DNA of 64,000 nt, taken from contig BDGG01000002.1 of the NCBI GenBank assembly GCA_001949185.1, positions 1,385,145-1,449,144 on the forward strand. Direction: 5' to 3'. A model generated the notes under the pieces. That model had not been told where the DNA came from, made no database searches, and was given only the letters and a program-made list of their open reading frames with translations. Shown here one piece after another: positions 37,106-49,235 of the stretch (position 1 is the first letter of the stretch; every line of letters begins with the position of its first letter). The position numbers and the translations under genes are program-made. Source of the DNA: Ramazzottius varieornatus. Lineage: Eukaryota > Animalia > Tardigrada.

Positions 37106-40100
37106 TCAATAAAGTTTGAGGCGTTTCTTTAGTTCATTGCGTTTCCATTCGGGCATCATGAAGAACTCTGCGCGCGGCATTTGGAACATGTAGAGAAAGT
37201 CTTCTGGCGAGATGTGAAGCTGCAAACAGGCAATGGTTAGCCCAACACCATCAACACCGCCAACCATGGTTTCCCAGCGGCCGGAAGACCAATTAATCAA
37301 CTGCGTAGGCTTTTTACCTCGAGATGGTTGCGGTCGACGTCTTCCGGAAGTTTACGATTGGTGACAAGAACTTGTTGCACCTGAAAGAAGCCCTTGTAAT
37401 ACGTTTTTTAGTGTCCGGTGAAAAGACCGCAAGAGGTACAGACCGGGTAAATTTTCCGTTCCTTTTTTAGAATGTTGATGGTTTTGTCAGCTGGTTCCAG
37501 AAAGTCTGCTTGGTAGTACGGCTCGGCAATGCGGCTTCTTACGTAGAATGTATCGGAAAAGGTTGGCCGAGCGCTGTCTCCTCTTGTACTCCTCTCGTAA
37601 TAGTCTGGTACTGCAACACATTCCCGTCAAGACAGAGCGCACCGAAACAGCGAAACGAAAGTCTGGCCTGATACAGACAGTAAAGATTATTCATACGTGT
37701 GGTACTGGCAAACTCTCCACTTTGCGTTCTGGTGACGTCTCCGCTGACGAATGTTCTGTCCTCCTGTCCGAGAAGAACCACAGAGAGTGATGGCAGCACT
37801 GTTGGACAAGGCAGAACTGACCACACTTACGTATAGGAGGTCAGGTATTCCTGGACTGGAACGGGTATGCACTTGTTGCAGTGTGGAGGACTTTGGCGTC
37901 GTCGCGGCAGTTGACATGGCGTAACCCGGTCGCGGAACTGCAAAATCCAAACACTAGTCGATCTGCTTCATAAATTATTCGAGCCACGTGTTCGGGCATT
38001 GCTGCGCTCACCGCTGTAACTGGGAAGTGTACTGCCTCCCGACGAAGCCGACCGCCATTTACTCGAGGGCGACGGGGTGTTGAAGTCCCACTCTTCCCAT
38101 GGGCGTGGTCGGTCATCCAGTCTTGACGGTGCTGAAATACATGCTTCTGATTTTCACTGTAAAAACCACCCAACCGATGTTTCTCTGTTGGAGATATGGA
38201 GAGGTCTTACAGGCAAAAGCTGGCGAGCCATATCGAGGTGCAACCATCGGTTCCCGAGTGGCCGAAGCCGTTCTGGATGCATTGCGCGGATCAATGCCAC
38301 GTCGCCACCTGTCGTGTCTATGCTTTGAGCGTTCTTCGATATCATGCAGAAAGACATTAGCAATGCCTGACGAAATCTTCTTGAGCTGTTCGGCTTCCTT
38401 GCGTGCCTGTTCTTCCTGTCTGGCGGCCAGAGCTGCCTTACCGGGGTCCACTATCACATCTTTGTCCGCTTCTTTCTCCTTCTCCTCCTCCTCCTCTTCC
38501 TCGTCCTTTCTGGTCATCTGACTGTACTTCTTCCTCCTTTCCGGATCGGTAAAGGCATACGGTGGAGCTGGGAAGTCCTCGCGCTCAATCTTGGGCTGCG
38601 TGGTGTCGGGTACAGGCTTGGCATCCGGGTAGGTCGATAAGGAGATGGGCTCCTCGTTGTTCATGTGCGGTGATCGACGGCCGGAAGCATTAGACATGGT
38701 GTAAGAACCATACTCGCGCTTTTGGGCAATACAGGTATCTCGAAGGATCTCCATACCACGACGCCGTGTCGGAATGCGAATCTTTACTCCTGGCCCTTCT
38801 GTAATATACCGTAAAAAGCTTCAAATCCAGTCAAATTGAACTTGATGGACACGAATGATATTTGAGACGTCGCTAGATGGATTTACCCAGATGGTTTTCC
38901 AAGGTGGTGCATGCCTTCAGCTTCTGAAACCGCAGCAGTGCGCCACTTCGGAAAACAATCAAGGTCGGCAAGACCACTTTTCTAGGTGACGCACTTTCTC
39001 ACTCGATAACAATGAAACCGTGCGCCACTTGATACAACGACCTGTCGTTTCTACCGGCGTCCATTTCCATCCGATCAGAATTTACCTGGAGCGATGAAGT
39101 TTGGCGTTTTTGCCGGATGAGGTGCATGTTCACGTAGTAGATATGTTGGCTGATGGTCCGGCGGAAGGTACTGCTGGGTATAAATCTTGCCGGTTTCCGC
39201 ATATTCGAAAGGACTTTGAGGTCGTGAAGTGTGCTGTAATTTCCATTTTGTCAGGTTTATTGTACCTTATGATTTTTTGAAACTTTCTGGGTGGCTGTCT
39301 ATGTATCGATATAAATATCGTTGAGAACTTGGGATCATGCGTGTTAGTCATGCAAACCTTTCGCGGTAGCTGTGGCGTGGAAGTTACAGAGCTGATTGTG
39401 TGCAGTGACAGTGGCGGCTAAAAAAGTGAAAAAAGGGAAAATATCACCAAGCTGCGACATTCGTGCAACAAGAAAACTTGCAGGCCATCGATTATTACTC
39501 CATCACAGACGTAAACATGCAACAGAGCTGTCGTTTTTCACATCAAAACAAACAGCCGTCGCGAGACAGGGCTCCTCAGCCCATTCGTCCAGTGCAGTTA
39601 ACACAAGCAACAGAACATCGAAGGACCAAAGAGAGCGCACGAGACGACATTTGTTTGCCAACACTAACGCGACGATGGTAGTAAGGACAGGAACGTCGCA
39701 AACTAAGCCTACCGGAATGTGAGGAGAGCGGCGTCCTGTTGATAAAGGCGCCGCGGTTGCTTCCAGAGTGGTACTGCGCAGACTGGTGCAGCCACCGTGC
39801 TGGGGCGTGCTTTGAGGAGAGGCTCGTTTCAGGGCTTTAGGACTATCGCTTTGCTGGTCGGCATCCTCGTTGGCGGACAGATCTTCCTCGACCATTTTGA
39901 AACTCAGAGTCCTGCAAGTATTTTCAAAAATAACATAGAACTCGGTATAGTGTGGGATCACGGGCGCAGTAGATAACCAATATCAACTGTGTGGGAGCTC
40001 GACAAACAGCTCCGAAAGCATCGCCACCTCAAGTCGCGCACGTTTGCAGTAATATTAGCTCAGAAAGCGCGCCACTTTGGGAAGTCATCTTGTCGGATGT

Positions 40101-40460
40101 GGTCGTTCACCAAGTGGCGCACACTTTAGCGATATCGGCTCAAAACTTACGCCACTTGGGTGTATGATCTGGTCGAACTTTACTTGCCGAGCTACCATGT
40201 GTTATGTACAGTGTCACAGTTTGAAAACTTTATAATACAGTATGAAGGTAATTTGGAGATAACTGACATGACGTACCTCCGGCTGGTGGGGGTCGTCGAA
40301 AGTTTGGTCACTGATGTATAAGTAGTCGTCACCGGGGTGACTACTTGCATCGCTCCTCCAGGATAGTCGTCTCACGGGACGATCTCTCCGCTGTGCTCCA
40401 CACGAAGTCGGGGCATTATTTGCAAAGACCGGCCAATGTGATTTCCACTTCCGCGCACCT
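37106..40460 (-). CDS. ABLIM: abLIM/unc-115/dematin-like actin-binding protein (anchor region + villin headpiece)
   Basis: C-terminal headpiece HISPEDF..FQMPRAEF..MPEWKRNELKKRLKLY; RRSPHMNNEEPISLSTYPDAK, KIEREDFPAPPY, IDPRNASRTASA. The 5' extent is uncertain. Confidence 0.85.
38860..39060. repeat. GTGGCGCAC-N25 element, 2 units (abLIM intron)
   Basis: Spacers 25 and 25; both right boxes are GTGCGCCACTT. Confidence 0.85.
39992..40197. repeat. GTGGCGCAC-N25 element, 2 units (abLIM intron)
   Basis: Ends TGGGAGCTCG...CGAGCTACCA; spacers 25 and 24. Confidence 0.85.
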
Positions 40461-41771
40461 GCAAGAACACACGAAAATGCGCAAACATGCTGATAACTTC
40501 GACATATAGATTATAGCCTAAGCTATCAGATTCAGTCTGGAAGATTACGGGATACAGTCAACCCAGGAGTGCGCTTGTTTGATGTCAATAAACTAACTGA
40601 AAACAGCTGTTGGGTTCGACGTTAGCGGAAGACTATAAAGGAGGGTCCTTCGTGATGAAATTCATCAATGTGCAAGCGAGAGAAGCCTTGCCGTAGCGGA
40701 AGAGGAGGAAGAGGCAACGAACGCAACGAGGAAGCTGCCTGCGTGTATACGTGACGCCAAATAGCCCCTCTTGTACTTCATTAGCTCTCATAAAAAGCCG
40801 AAAGGATATAGTAGCGGCTTACTTTACATCACGAAACTCACTTCGGTTCCATATCAATATTGGATGATCGGACTGAGGAAAACCCGAATAAAAAAACATA
40901 GGACAAGTTATCTCCTTCTTCTTGATAATCCTATTATGTCCCTTCCTTGTCAATTCCACTAAGAATAAAGTGAGTTTCTTATGGCTTTTAAAGTGTTCCA
41001 AAGCGCCAAACAGCCGCCAGATCACTTTCACAAACAAACTTGACTCAATTGCTTGGAAAAACATTGGTGAAACCGATCGATAATTCACTCCTGAGAACGC
41101 CATTAAAAAATAAACCATCAGTTCCGAAAGTAAAAGCCCGGATAATTTCTCCCTTGCGTGACAAACTTTCGTAGAGAAAAGCCGAAAAAGCACGTAAACC
41201 GCTACGTGAAATACCGGAAAGCGCCGTTTTACTACGATATTTTGATTACATGTCTTGGGACATGTATTCGATAGGAAAGGGTAGAAAAGAAAGTTATTGG
41301 GGGAGAGGGAGAACTCTGCCGCAATGACGTAAGAGCCTCTCGGGATCACCGGCTAACGGAGCCTGTATTTCGGGAGCCATGAAGAAAATTGCATGGCGTC
41401 AGTGTCAAAGGATATATAACAGGCTGACAATCTAATGGCGTTTTCAGCGTTTTCACGTAACGACCGCCATGCGACCATGCATGGCGGGAAGACTTTAAAG
41501 GGATCAAGATTTGGTCGCTGGATAAGCGGGGAAAGGGGGATGCGAGCACGAGCTGGAGCTGTCAGAGCTCAGCTCTAGCCGGCACAGACCATTAAGACAG
41601 ATGCAGTCATCAATTGATTCCCGGAAATCATATTACGCAGACGATCCCGGAAGTCATAAAAAAGTAGTACAGTATATGGCAGAGCACTGACCGTATCCTT
41701 TCCGACTCACTCTCTTCTTACCCTCCCGCGCAAAGCAAACTGTCTTTTCTACATGTCTCACAAGAGAGGTA

Positions 41772-41973
41772 AGGAACTCGTCAGACAAACTCGACAAGAT
41801 CGGTGCCCCAACTGCGCATATTTACGGTGTTATTAGCCAACAGCGTGCGCCACTTGAAAAAACGAGCTTGTCGAGTTCGGATGTTTTCAAGTTGCGCACG
41901 TTTGCCGTGTCATTGGTTGAGAACGTGCGCCAGTTGGAAAAGACATTTCGTCGAGCTTGTTTACCTGGGTCCC
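41772..41973. repeat. GTGGCGCAC-N25 element, 2 units
   Basis: Starts GGAACTCGTCAGACAAACTCGACAAGATC; spacers 25 and 25. Confidence 0.85.
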
Positions 41974-44900
41974 ATTATAAAGAACGTCGAGCGTTGGAAG
42001 GTCAGCAAGTCTGGTGTAGATAACATTTTAACCGTTACTGTTTTATTCCTTGATTTTTGGTTCGCCGGCTGAAACCTAACGAACCGATGGAGCAAAACGA
42101 AGGTACACGAACGTCCTGGTGAAGTTTATAGATTAATGGTGATGTCGAAGTACGAGCAATGACGCTGGGCTTATTCAGCGCCTGCAGCACGTTTCCCGCA
42201 TTTGCATCACAAAACAATCGACATTGCCTGAAGGGTGGCTTTTGAAGAGGCCTTGATTGATCCCACTAAGCTTGACGGATGGCTGAGCGTGCCAGCGCCC
42301 TTCCTCTTCCTGCTTCCTCCACAGAAGCCGTTCCTCTTTGAAATGGACAGACGGACGTTGTCGGACAAGCCTACTTTACCCAATCTGTCATCCCTTTTCC
42401 TCAATGCTCGAGTGTCCGCTCTATCTCTAACTTCACCCCATTCAGCTGCTCTCCGCCGGCATGGCCCGTCATAAACGAAGGGTTAAGCCGAACGTACGAT
42501 ACTAAAATCTGGAATACTTTCTTGATCCCGGGACTTAGCCTTCCCATATCCATCTCAGCTGATCAATTACATAATAAAGCCGATCAGGCGCAGCAGGAGT
42601 GTGTATTACGATCGAGTGTATGTCGAAATCCGCTTCCTTCACTTCCGACCGGTTGTTTTTTGTTCGCAGCGCAGCCTTTCGCGAGATGAACGGTAATGGT
42701 CTCGTCTGTTTCTGTCAGGAACAAAAATCATCGAATTCTCGAAGATCTGAACATACGGAAATCTCACCACTCAGAATTATGTATTATTCACAGAGGAAAA
42801 ATATCGGTGGCCCACTTTTTTGACCGGATCGAGATTTATTGAGTGGCGGGCAAAGCTGATATGATAGAGAGGAAGATTGAGTATAGACACAGTATCCGAT
42901 GACACTTGTGTGTCTGTCGCTGCTTTAGCCCACTTTTCATGCCAGCGCACCAGCAGGGTTCGCAACAAAAAGGCCGAGGACCAAAGATAACTCGTGTAGC
43001 ATTCGCCAATGTAGTTCATAATCTCGGTTGTAAAATACACTGACGTTTTCGCAAACTAACCAGCATTCCGTCCTGACGATGTGGACAAGCTGTAAATTTA
43101 GGCTTGTCCAAATGCCGGGGCGCAGGAGGGCCTCTCTCAAGTGGCCTAATTATGCCAGTACAGCCTCTGGTCAATAAGCAATCTACAAAATAGAGAGATC
43201 GCTCAGGCACTCACTCCATAACCTGATCGGCAAGAGAAAGCAAGCGGCAGTCACAGTCCCTCTGGCCTGCGACATGCTAACCCATCCCCAGCCGGAAATG
43301 CATCAGTTCAGCACCAAAGCAAAAAGGGATACACTGGACAGCGAGAAGGCAGAACTGACCAGCGGCTACGCACTCTGTACATGCATAAAATGCATGTCAT
43401 GGGAAAATCCATCAAGGGAACATAACTCGGGGCCAAATGCCGTTCATTCCATTCCATTCTAGTCTACATTGATTATTTTGTGATTTTACTGTCCCATCAG
43501 CATTGAGGGTTCTTCCTAAGGAGCAGAAACCTAGCTGTGATGTGGTAGTGGATTCGAGATGGTTTCAGAGAGAGCTTCAGATTGAAACGTCGCTGGACGG
43601 CAGAAAGGAAAACATGTGGGACTGTTTGCGCCCATTTCCTCATTGCCCTGTTGCCCTTTTCGCATGTGCTTAAGCTTGAGTCAAAAATTTATTTACGCCT
43701 AGATGAGCTAAAAGCACAAACGTGTATTTTTGAAAAAGTCAGAATGCGAATTGGTTAACCGACACGACCTGTCTGTATGTCCATTTCATCGCTGGGAATG
43801 CCAAACCTAATCCATATTTTAGTAGGCGCCTATGATACTCGAAGAAATCCTGAGCTCGGAGAAATCTGGTGGTCTAACAATACTGAAAACCAACCTAAGC
43901 ACAGCTTCCCGTTTTCGAAAATTACTTCATCTAAAAGAGGGACACTGTACTGCAGAGACCACCGAAGCGATCCTACAGTTGAAAGGTTTTACAGTTGGAT
44001 TTTACCGTAATCGGTGGGTTCCACAGGTTAGAATTCTCACAGGCGTCAAGAGCTATCAGAAGAGTGGCTGTTTGTATCGAGCAAAGAAAGAATGGTGGGT
44101 AAAAGTTTAAAGAGTGATTACACACCTGCCAAAGTGCACAACGCCCATTTATTGATTAGGGTTCGTTCAATCGCTCAAGCTGTGCTTACTTTGTGGTGCC
44201 TCTCCACCTTTCTCCTACCTCATCCCTAGCCGACTGTTCGTTGGTTCGCCGTCTCTTCCGGTTTGTCATCTCCCATCACACTTTCCCATTTTATCCCCCC
44301 TTCATACTTAATTTGACTGGGTTCTGATCAAACTAGAGCGTCTCTTGAGAACTGCGCAAACAAATCTGGACAAAGCCGCAAGCAAATTCACTCTGAAATC
44401 TGGCCGAGCGCCATTCAAGTGCAGAGCTTACAAAGTGAAAAAGCACCATGTTTTCTATTAAGCTAAATTGGGCTGCTTCTGATGCAGGGAAGATCGGGTT
44501 GCAGTGGATGCTGAAATTGCTCTAATGCAAAGTGAGGCACTGCGCAGCTGACCATGGCCTTCGGGTCAGTCACCACTTCACCACCCTACTTATCCCGACA
44601 ATATTATTTTTCAGTTGACCAAGATCGACTAGCGGTCCTTCGGCATGCCTTGGGCTGTTGCTGACAGGCTACATCTGTCGAGATGTCCGGAAAAGTCTTT
44701 GAACTGGTGCTAATAAGGAAACTCTGTCGAGCGATGTGTCCGTGTTTTTTGACGGAGTGTATCGGGGCCAAACTTGTTCACACTTTCATCCAAAATAAAC
44801 GTCCTCTTTGAAGAAAAACCCTTAAAAAATCGCCATTTTCTCCGTGCAACTTTTGATGATAAAAACTATGCCAACGTTTACCAGTCGTCGTTCCAGAACC

Positions 44901-46720
44901 TGAAATTTTTTCAGGAAGATGGACGAAGACTCACAAAAGTACTTCGCACTGCTTTGGAAGATCACGATAATTCAAATTAAACAAAAAATATTCAGGCGAA
45001 AAATAAAAATTATCTCAGCGGGTATGTTTTCAAGATCAAGACTTGCTTAGAGGGAAGTAAGATCATCCAAAGTCACGTGGTCCAGCCAACCGGTTTTTTT
45101 ATAGTTTGTTGCAGCTCTTAAAGTAAGTGGCTGGAAACGGTGTTTAGATAGGTTGTTTAGTCAGACAACTAGCAATTGAGCTGAATATTTAATCCACCCT
45201 TCTACAGTGACAATCAAAGCCCCATAGATACCTTCCTCGTAAGCCAGATCGGTGTAGCCACTTAGTCCCTGTAGAAAACGAATTGAATAAACGGGTGTCA
45301 ATTCACACCGGCTTAGACGAAAGCTTATCCGCCACGACCACTTAAAATCTTGACAGCACCTCCGACCAATATAGACCCTCATCTTTCGCCTATAGACCGG
45401 ACAGCTGTTTACCGTTTTGAGCTGGCACTGTTTACATCCGCCAGATTGCGCAGATTAGCGCAACTCTACACTCGCTCGAAAATCCACCGTGCACTGATTC
45501 CTTCATATCCTCAGAACATTTTTCACCGGTCTTGCTCAAAGATGATGTGCGAACTAAAGAAACCTTCTTACCGATTATAAAATCATTTCGTACTGTCGTA
45601 AGAAAAAACGGTAAGAACTTACGTGGAAGATGAATTCGAAATTCCTTATAAAATATTCCGACGAAGATAGTTTCCTCCGAAATTAGTCGATCGATTTTGC
45701 GCGATGTTTATGGATGGACTATATTCAGCCGGCATGAATGAAGCGCAGTGGTTGCATATCAGACGACGGAAACAGCCTCATCCATCGAGCATATTATCGC
45801 GCACACAGTCTGATAGTGAGATCGTACTGCGCGACTCGCGCGTCCTTGCCAACCTTGGCAGTCCGATGCAGCTGAGAGCGGTGCATGGCTGATATCAGTG
45901 GAGCATAATAGTCTGATCCGGCGAGTAAAGTTTACTGATGCGTCATGCCCGCTGGGCAGCATCTGTGGGAATATACAGCCTTCGTACGCGATAAACGCCT
46001 GCCGAGATGAGAGTTAAGTTACGATGGTTCGACGGGGCGTGGTCGCTAGCTTCGGCGCGTGCAGCTTCCACCGTATCGATCCGCGCAAACGATCGATTAC
46101 TTCCATACCGGCCAAGCGGAACGCACTGCGAAGATGTATCCGTTTCAAAACAGGAAGTTCTATCAACATCAGTTTGTTCGAGGGACCGATAACGCCGTGT
46201 AGGACCTGCGCACATGGGAGCTCGATTATGTGTCAGCTATCTTCTGCCGCAAAATTTCCCGCTATTTTCACTTCTGTGGTCTTCCAACAGCTAATTTTCA
46301 GCTGAAAATTTCACATTGACTCATTGGCGTTCGGGGAAAGCGAATTTCTAAAGAGAACCTCCGAATCGCTCCAGACAAATTACTTCCATAAAAATCGTAG
46401 AATAACGGTAAGAAAACGTTGTTCAAAATTCAGTGTTTTCTTGTTCTATTTCTGCTGTTCAACCATGAGCTTAAGCAGATCTTTTGCGATGTCGACAGGC
46501 TGGATTGTGATGAAGACTCATGGAGAAACCAAGGTCGTTGATTGAGCAAGTCGACGCTTCCACCGTATCGCCGGGACCTTGGCAACAACTTCCTGGTTTC
46601 TCGGACATTTTCCGGCAATGCCTTTAGTCGCCAGTGTGAGACAATCGATTCCATTTCTTTTTTGCTGTTTTCCGTTCAGTCCTTTTCCAAGTTTCCGTTT
46701 ACCTCTTCCCTCGACCGAAG

Positions 46721-47017
46721 ATGCCTGACAAAGTTACGACCAAGGTGGAACAGAAGACCGAGATCAGGGATGGCAAGGTGGTGTCGCACGACGCCAAGTC
46801 GGAGATCAAGGTAACAAAAACTCAAGAGTTCCTGGTCTAGAAAATTTCGAAAGGAATTTTAGTATTATGCAGCATGACTAAACTAAGAGAAAAGATACTC
46901 GTAGATATTTATGTGCCTTCTATTTTTCAGGGACCCAACGAGCACACGAAGGAGCACCACCAGCTCGACAAGGATGGCAAGGAGACGCACACCGTGTCGT
47001 CCGAGAAGAAGCGCTGA
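46721..47017 (+). CDS. Tiny K/E/H-rich hydrophilic protein 1 (58 aa, 2 exons: 46721-46810, 46931-47017)
   Basis: MPDKVTTKVEQKTEIRDGKVVSHDAKSEIK|GPNEHTKEHHQLDKDGKETHTVSSEKKR*; phase-0 intron AAG|GTAAC..TTTTCAG; AATAAA at about 47158; paralog next door. Confidence 0.8.
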
Positions 47018-47504
47018 AGTTCAACCACTACGACAGAAGACAGGCAGGCAGCGACGACGGAGGGATAAAACCGCAGTGACGTCACCCAAGCCTCGAAATG
47101 ATCGTGCCTTACCCCTCCGCGACATGTTACCTGCAGAATTTTCTTGTATAAAACTGGAATAAAAACTCTTGGTTATGCCCGTGTCTGTTTTTGAAAAAAA
47201 AAATAGATATCGTACGACGTTCCATGTCTAGAAATGCAGTAAATTCACGTCCGCAAATTTTCCGCACCTCACGCTGTTGAAGCTTCTGCCTTTATGCTGG
47301 TCCAAGCAGCTTTCTTCCATGCACCCATCCAGTTCCCGTCTGATAAGGTTTCGTTGGAAACGGAATTTTTCCCAGAAAGAGGGGAAGTAAGACTCAACCT
47401 TCCCAAGGTTCGCTCTTTGTCCGAAATTTCTGAGACTGTTTTCTGAGACTCTGTGCTCCATTTGGAATCTCCTTATCCAATCGATCGCGCTTCTCCAAAT
47501 TAGC

Positions 47505-47678
47505 ATGCCTGACACGCCCAAAGCAAAGGTGGAGGAGAAGACCGTCAAGAAGGACGGAGTTGAGGTAGCCCACGACAAGAAAGCCGAAGTCAAAGCCGAA
47601 CATGTCCATACCAAGCAATGCGATCACAAGGATGAGAAGGGAGAGAAACAAACCATCAAGAGCGAATTGAAGAAGTAA
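47505..47678 (+). CDS. Tiny K/E/H-rich hydrophilic protein 2 (57 aa, no CDS intron)
   Basis: MPDTPKAKVEEKTVKKDGVEVAHDKKAEVKAEHVHTKQCDHKDEKGEKQTIKSELKK*; aligns without gaps to protein 1 over its first 46 aa. Confidence 0.8.
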   Translation: MPDTPKAKVEEKTVKKDGVEVAHDKKAEVKAEHVHTKQCDHKDEKGEKQTIKSELKK

Positions 47679-47796
47679 TCCCAGAAGCTTTTTGTTTTCA
47701 TCTCACGACTTTATACCCGGGAAAAATGTCACAAGTGATGAAATGACCAGTGGGGAAAAATTGATAAATAAAATGATCAGGAGAAAAACTGGTTGG

Positions 47797-48905
47797 TCAC
47801 GCGTTCGTATGATCCAGCAATCTTTGGCGATATTTTTCCGACCACTGTCTGAGCGTCATGGGGGGTTTTCCAGTGACAAACGCTACATCATCCCGCACAG
47901 ATGTCGCCAGCTGTCCGGTCCGTATCTGCTTGGCGAACTCTCTCACTCCAACGGCGTATGCGTTCTCATTCCACACAGCCTTTCCATCCACAGGCTTTAA
48001 CCGGTCCTCTTTCGCCAGGACTTCTACTTTGATATCAATATCGAGGACGTCCAACAGGGTTCGCGCCACGTCCTGTCCAGTCAGCGCCTCGCTGGTCATG
48101 GCATATTCTTTTCCACCGTGCTGTCTGTCGCCCTCTGCGAGAACAGTGGCAGCGACCCTCGCTACATCTACTACATCGGCGATCCCTCGCTACATCGGCG
48201 ATCCAGCTCCAATTTTCGGTGAAAATAAAATAGCGGGTTGATTATAAATCAAATAAAATTAGGAATCATGAATGCAAATGACCACACCCAGATCGTTGTC
48301 TGAAGTGGCGCACGTCTTCATTATTATTGGCCCAGAAAGTGCGCCACACAGGAACACCCGAGTGAACTCATTTGCACACGACGCAAATGACCCAGCTCGT
48401 TCGGTTCTGAATTTCAAAAATAAAGTCGTTCCAGCCACTAACTTCGGCGTTAGTAAATTATCAAAATACATGTTGGGGTGTAGCATGGTCCATGATATTC
48501 CACTGGCACTAATGTATCATTCGATCAGCTGATGCCAAGTGTAGTGCGGTACGGTGCTGTCCCATTCGGCGGAGATGTCCAGGTGGACGATATGCGAGAC
48601 CCCGGCTTTCTTCGCGGCGTCAACCAGGGTCTTCTTCTGTGTCAACATGGAGACGGTGTAAGTGATGAGAAGGAAGAGGCGGTCGACGTTGACTAGAGCG
48701 ACGGGGAAGGTGGACGGCTGGTCCAGGTCGATGTAAACCGCGTCCCGGCCGGTTTTGCGCCATTGCTGTACTTGATCCGCGTGACGCGAAGCGTCTCGGA
48801 CGTGGATGGCGTCGGCCTGGCGTCGCAGTTGAGAAGCGAGGTGACGACCGACGGTGCCTGTGGATCCGATTATGAGAACGATGGGCTTGTGTCGATTGCC
48901 GTATC
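47797..48905 (-). pseudogene. NmrA-like atypical SDR (bacterial-type), disrupted
   Basis: IVLIIGSTGTVG, IDLDQPSTF..ALVNVDRLFL, LVDAAKKAGVSHIVHL, WHQLIE*YI (in-frame TGA near 48519), WTMLHPNMYFDNL, DVARVAATVL, VRDDVAFVTGKPPMTLRQW. Local duplication at about 48156-48200 and a repeat insertion in the middle. Confidence 0.8.
48270..48405. repeat. GTGGCGCAC-N25 element inside the NmrA pseudogene
   Basis: AAGTGGCGCAC-25-GTGCGCCAC. Confidence 0.8.
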
Positions 48906-49235
48906 CTGCTGGTGACAGCAGTCTTCCAGGAGTTTCTCACTGAGATGTCTTAATGCGAAATGCCGAGTCTCTTCACTTCCTCTATTATTCCGAGACATTT
49001 ATCTTAGCAGCGGCCCAGGTTTTGCAGTTACTACCGGGAACCGCGCTGCTGTTTCAAACTTCATCTACTAATAGTACGTGCGACTTTCCGGTGAATTGCT
49101 GTAGCTAGCGATATTGGCCTGTTCGTCACTGACACCCATTGAAAAAAGGTATACAGTATTTGTTTTCATTTGAGACATGGAAAAATCTACAGTAACATAC
49201 GCAAGCTCTCGTTTTGGTCATTTTTTTCGCAAGAT

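Noticed and set aside
40819-46300. Assorted 60-176 aa ORFs upstream of the abLIM-like exons
   Set aside because: No recognisable motifs; consistent with chance ORFs in intronic or intergenic DNA.
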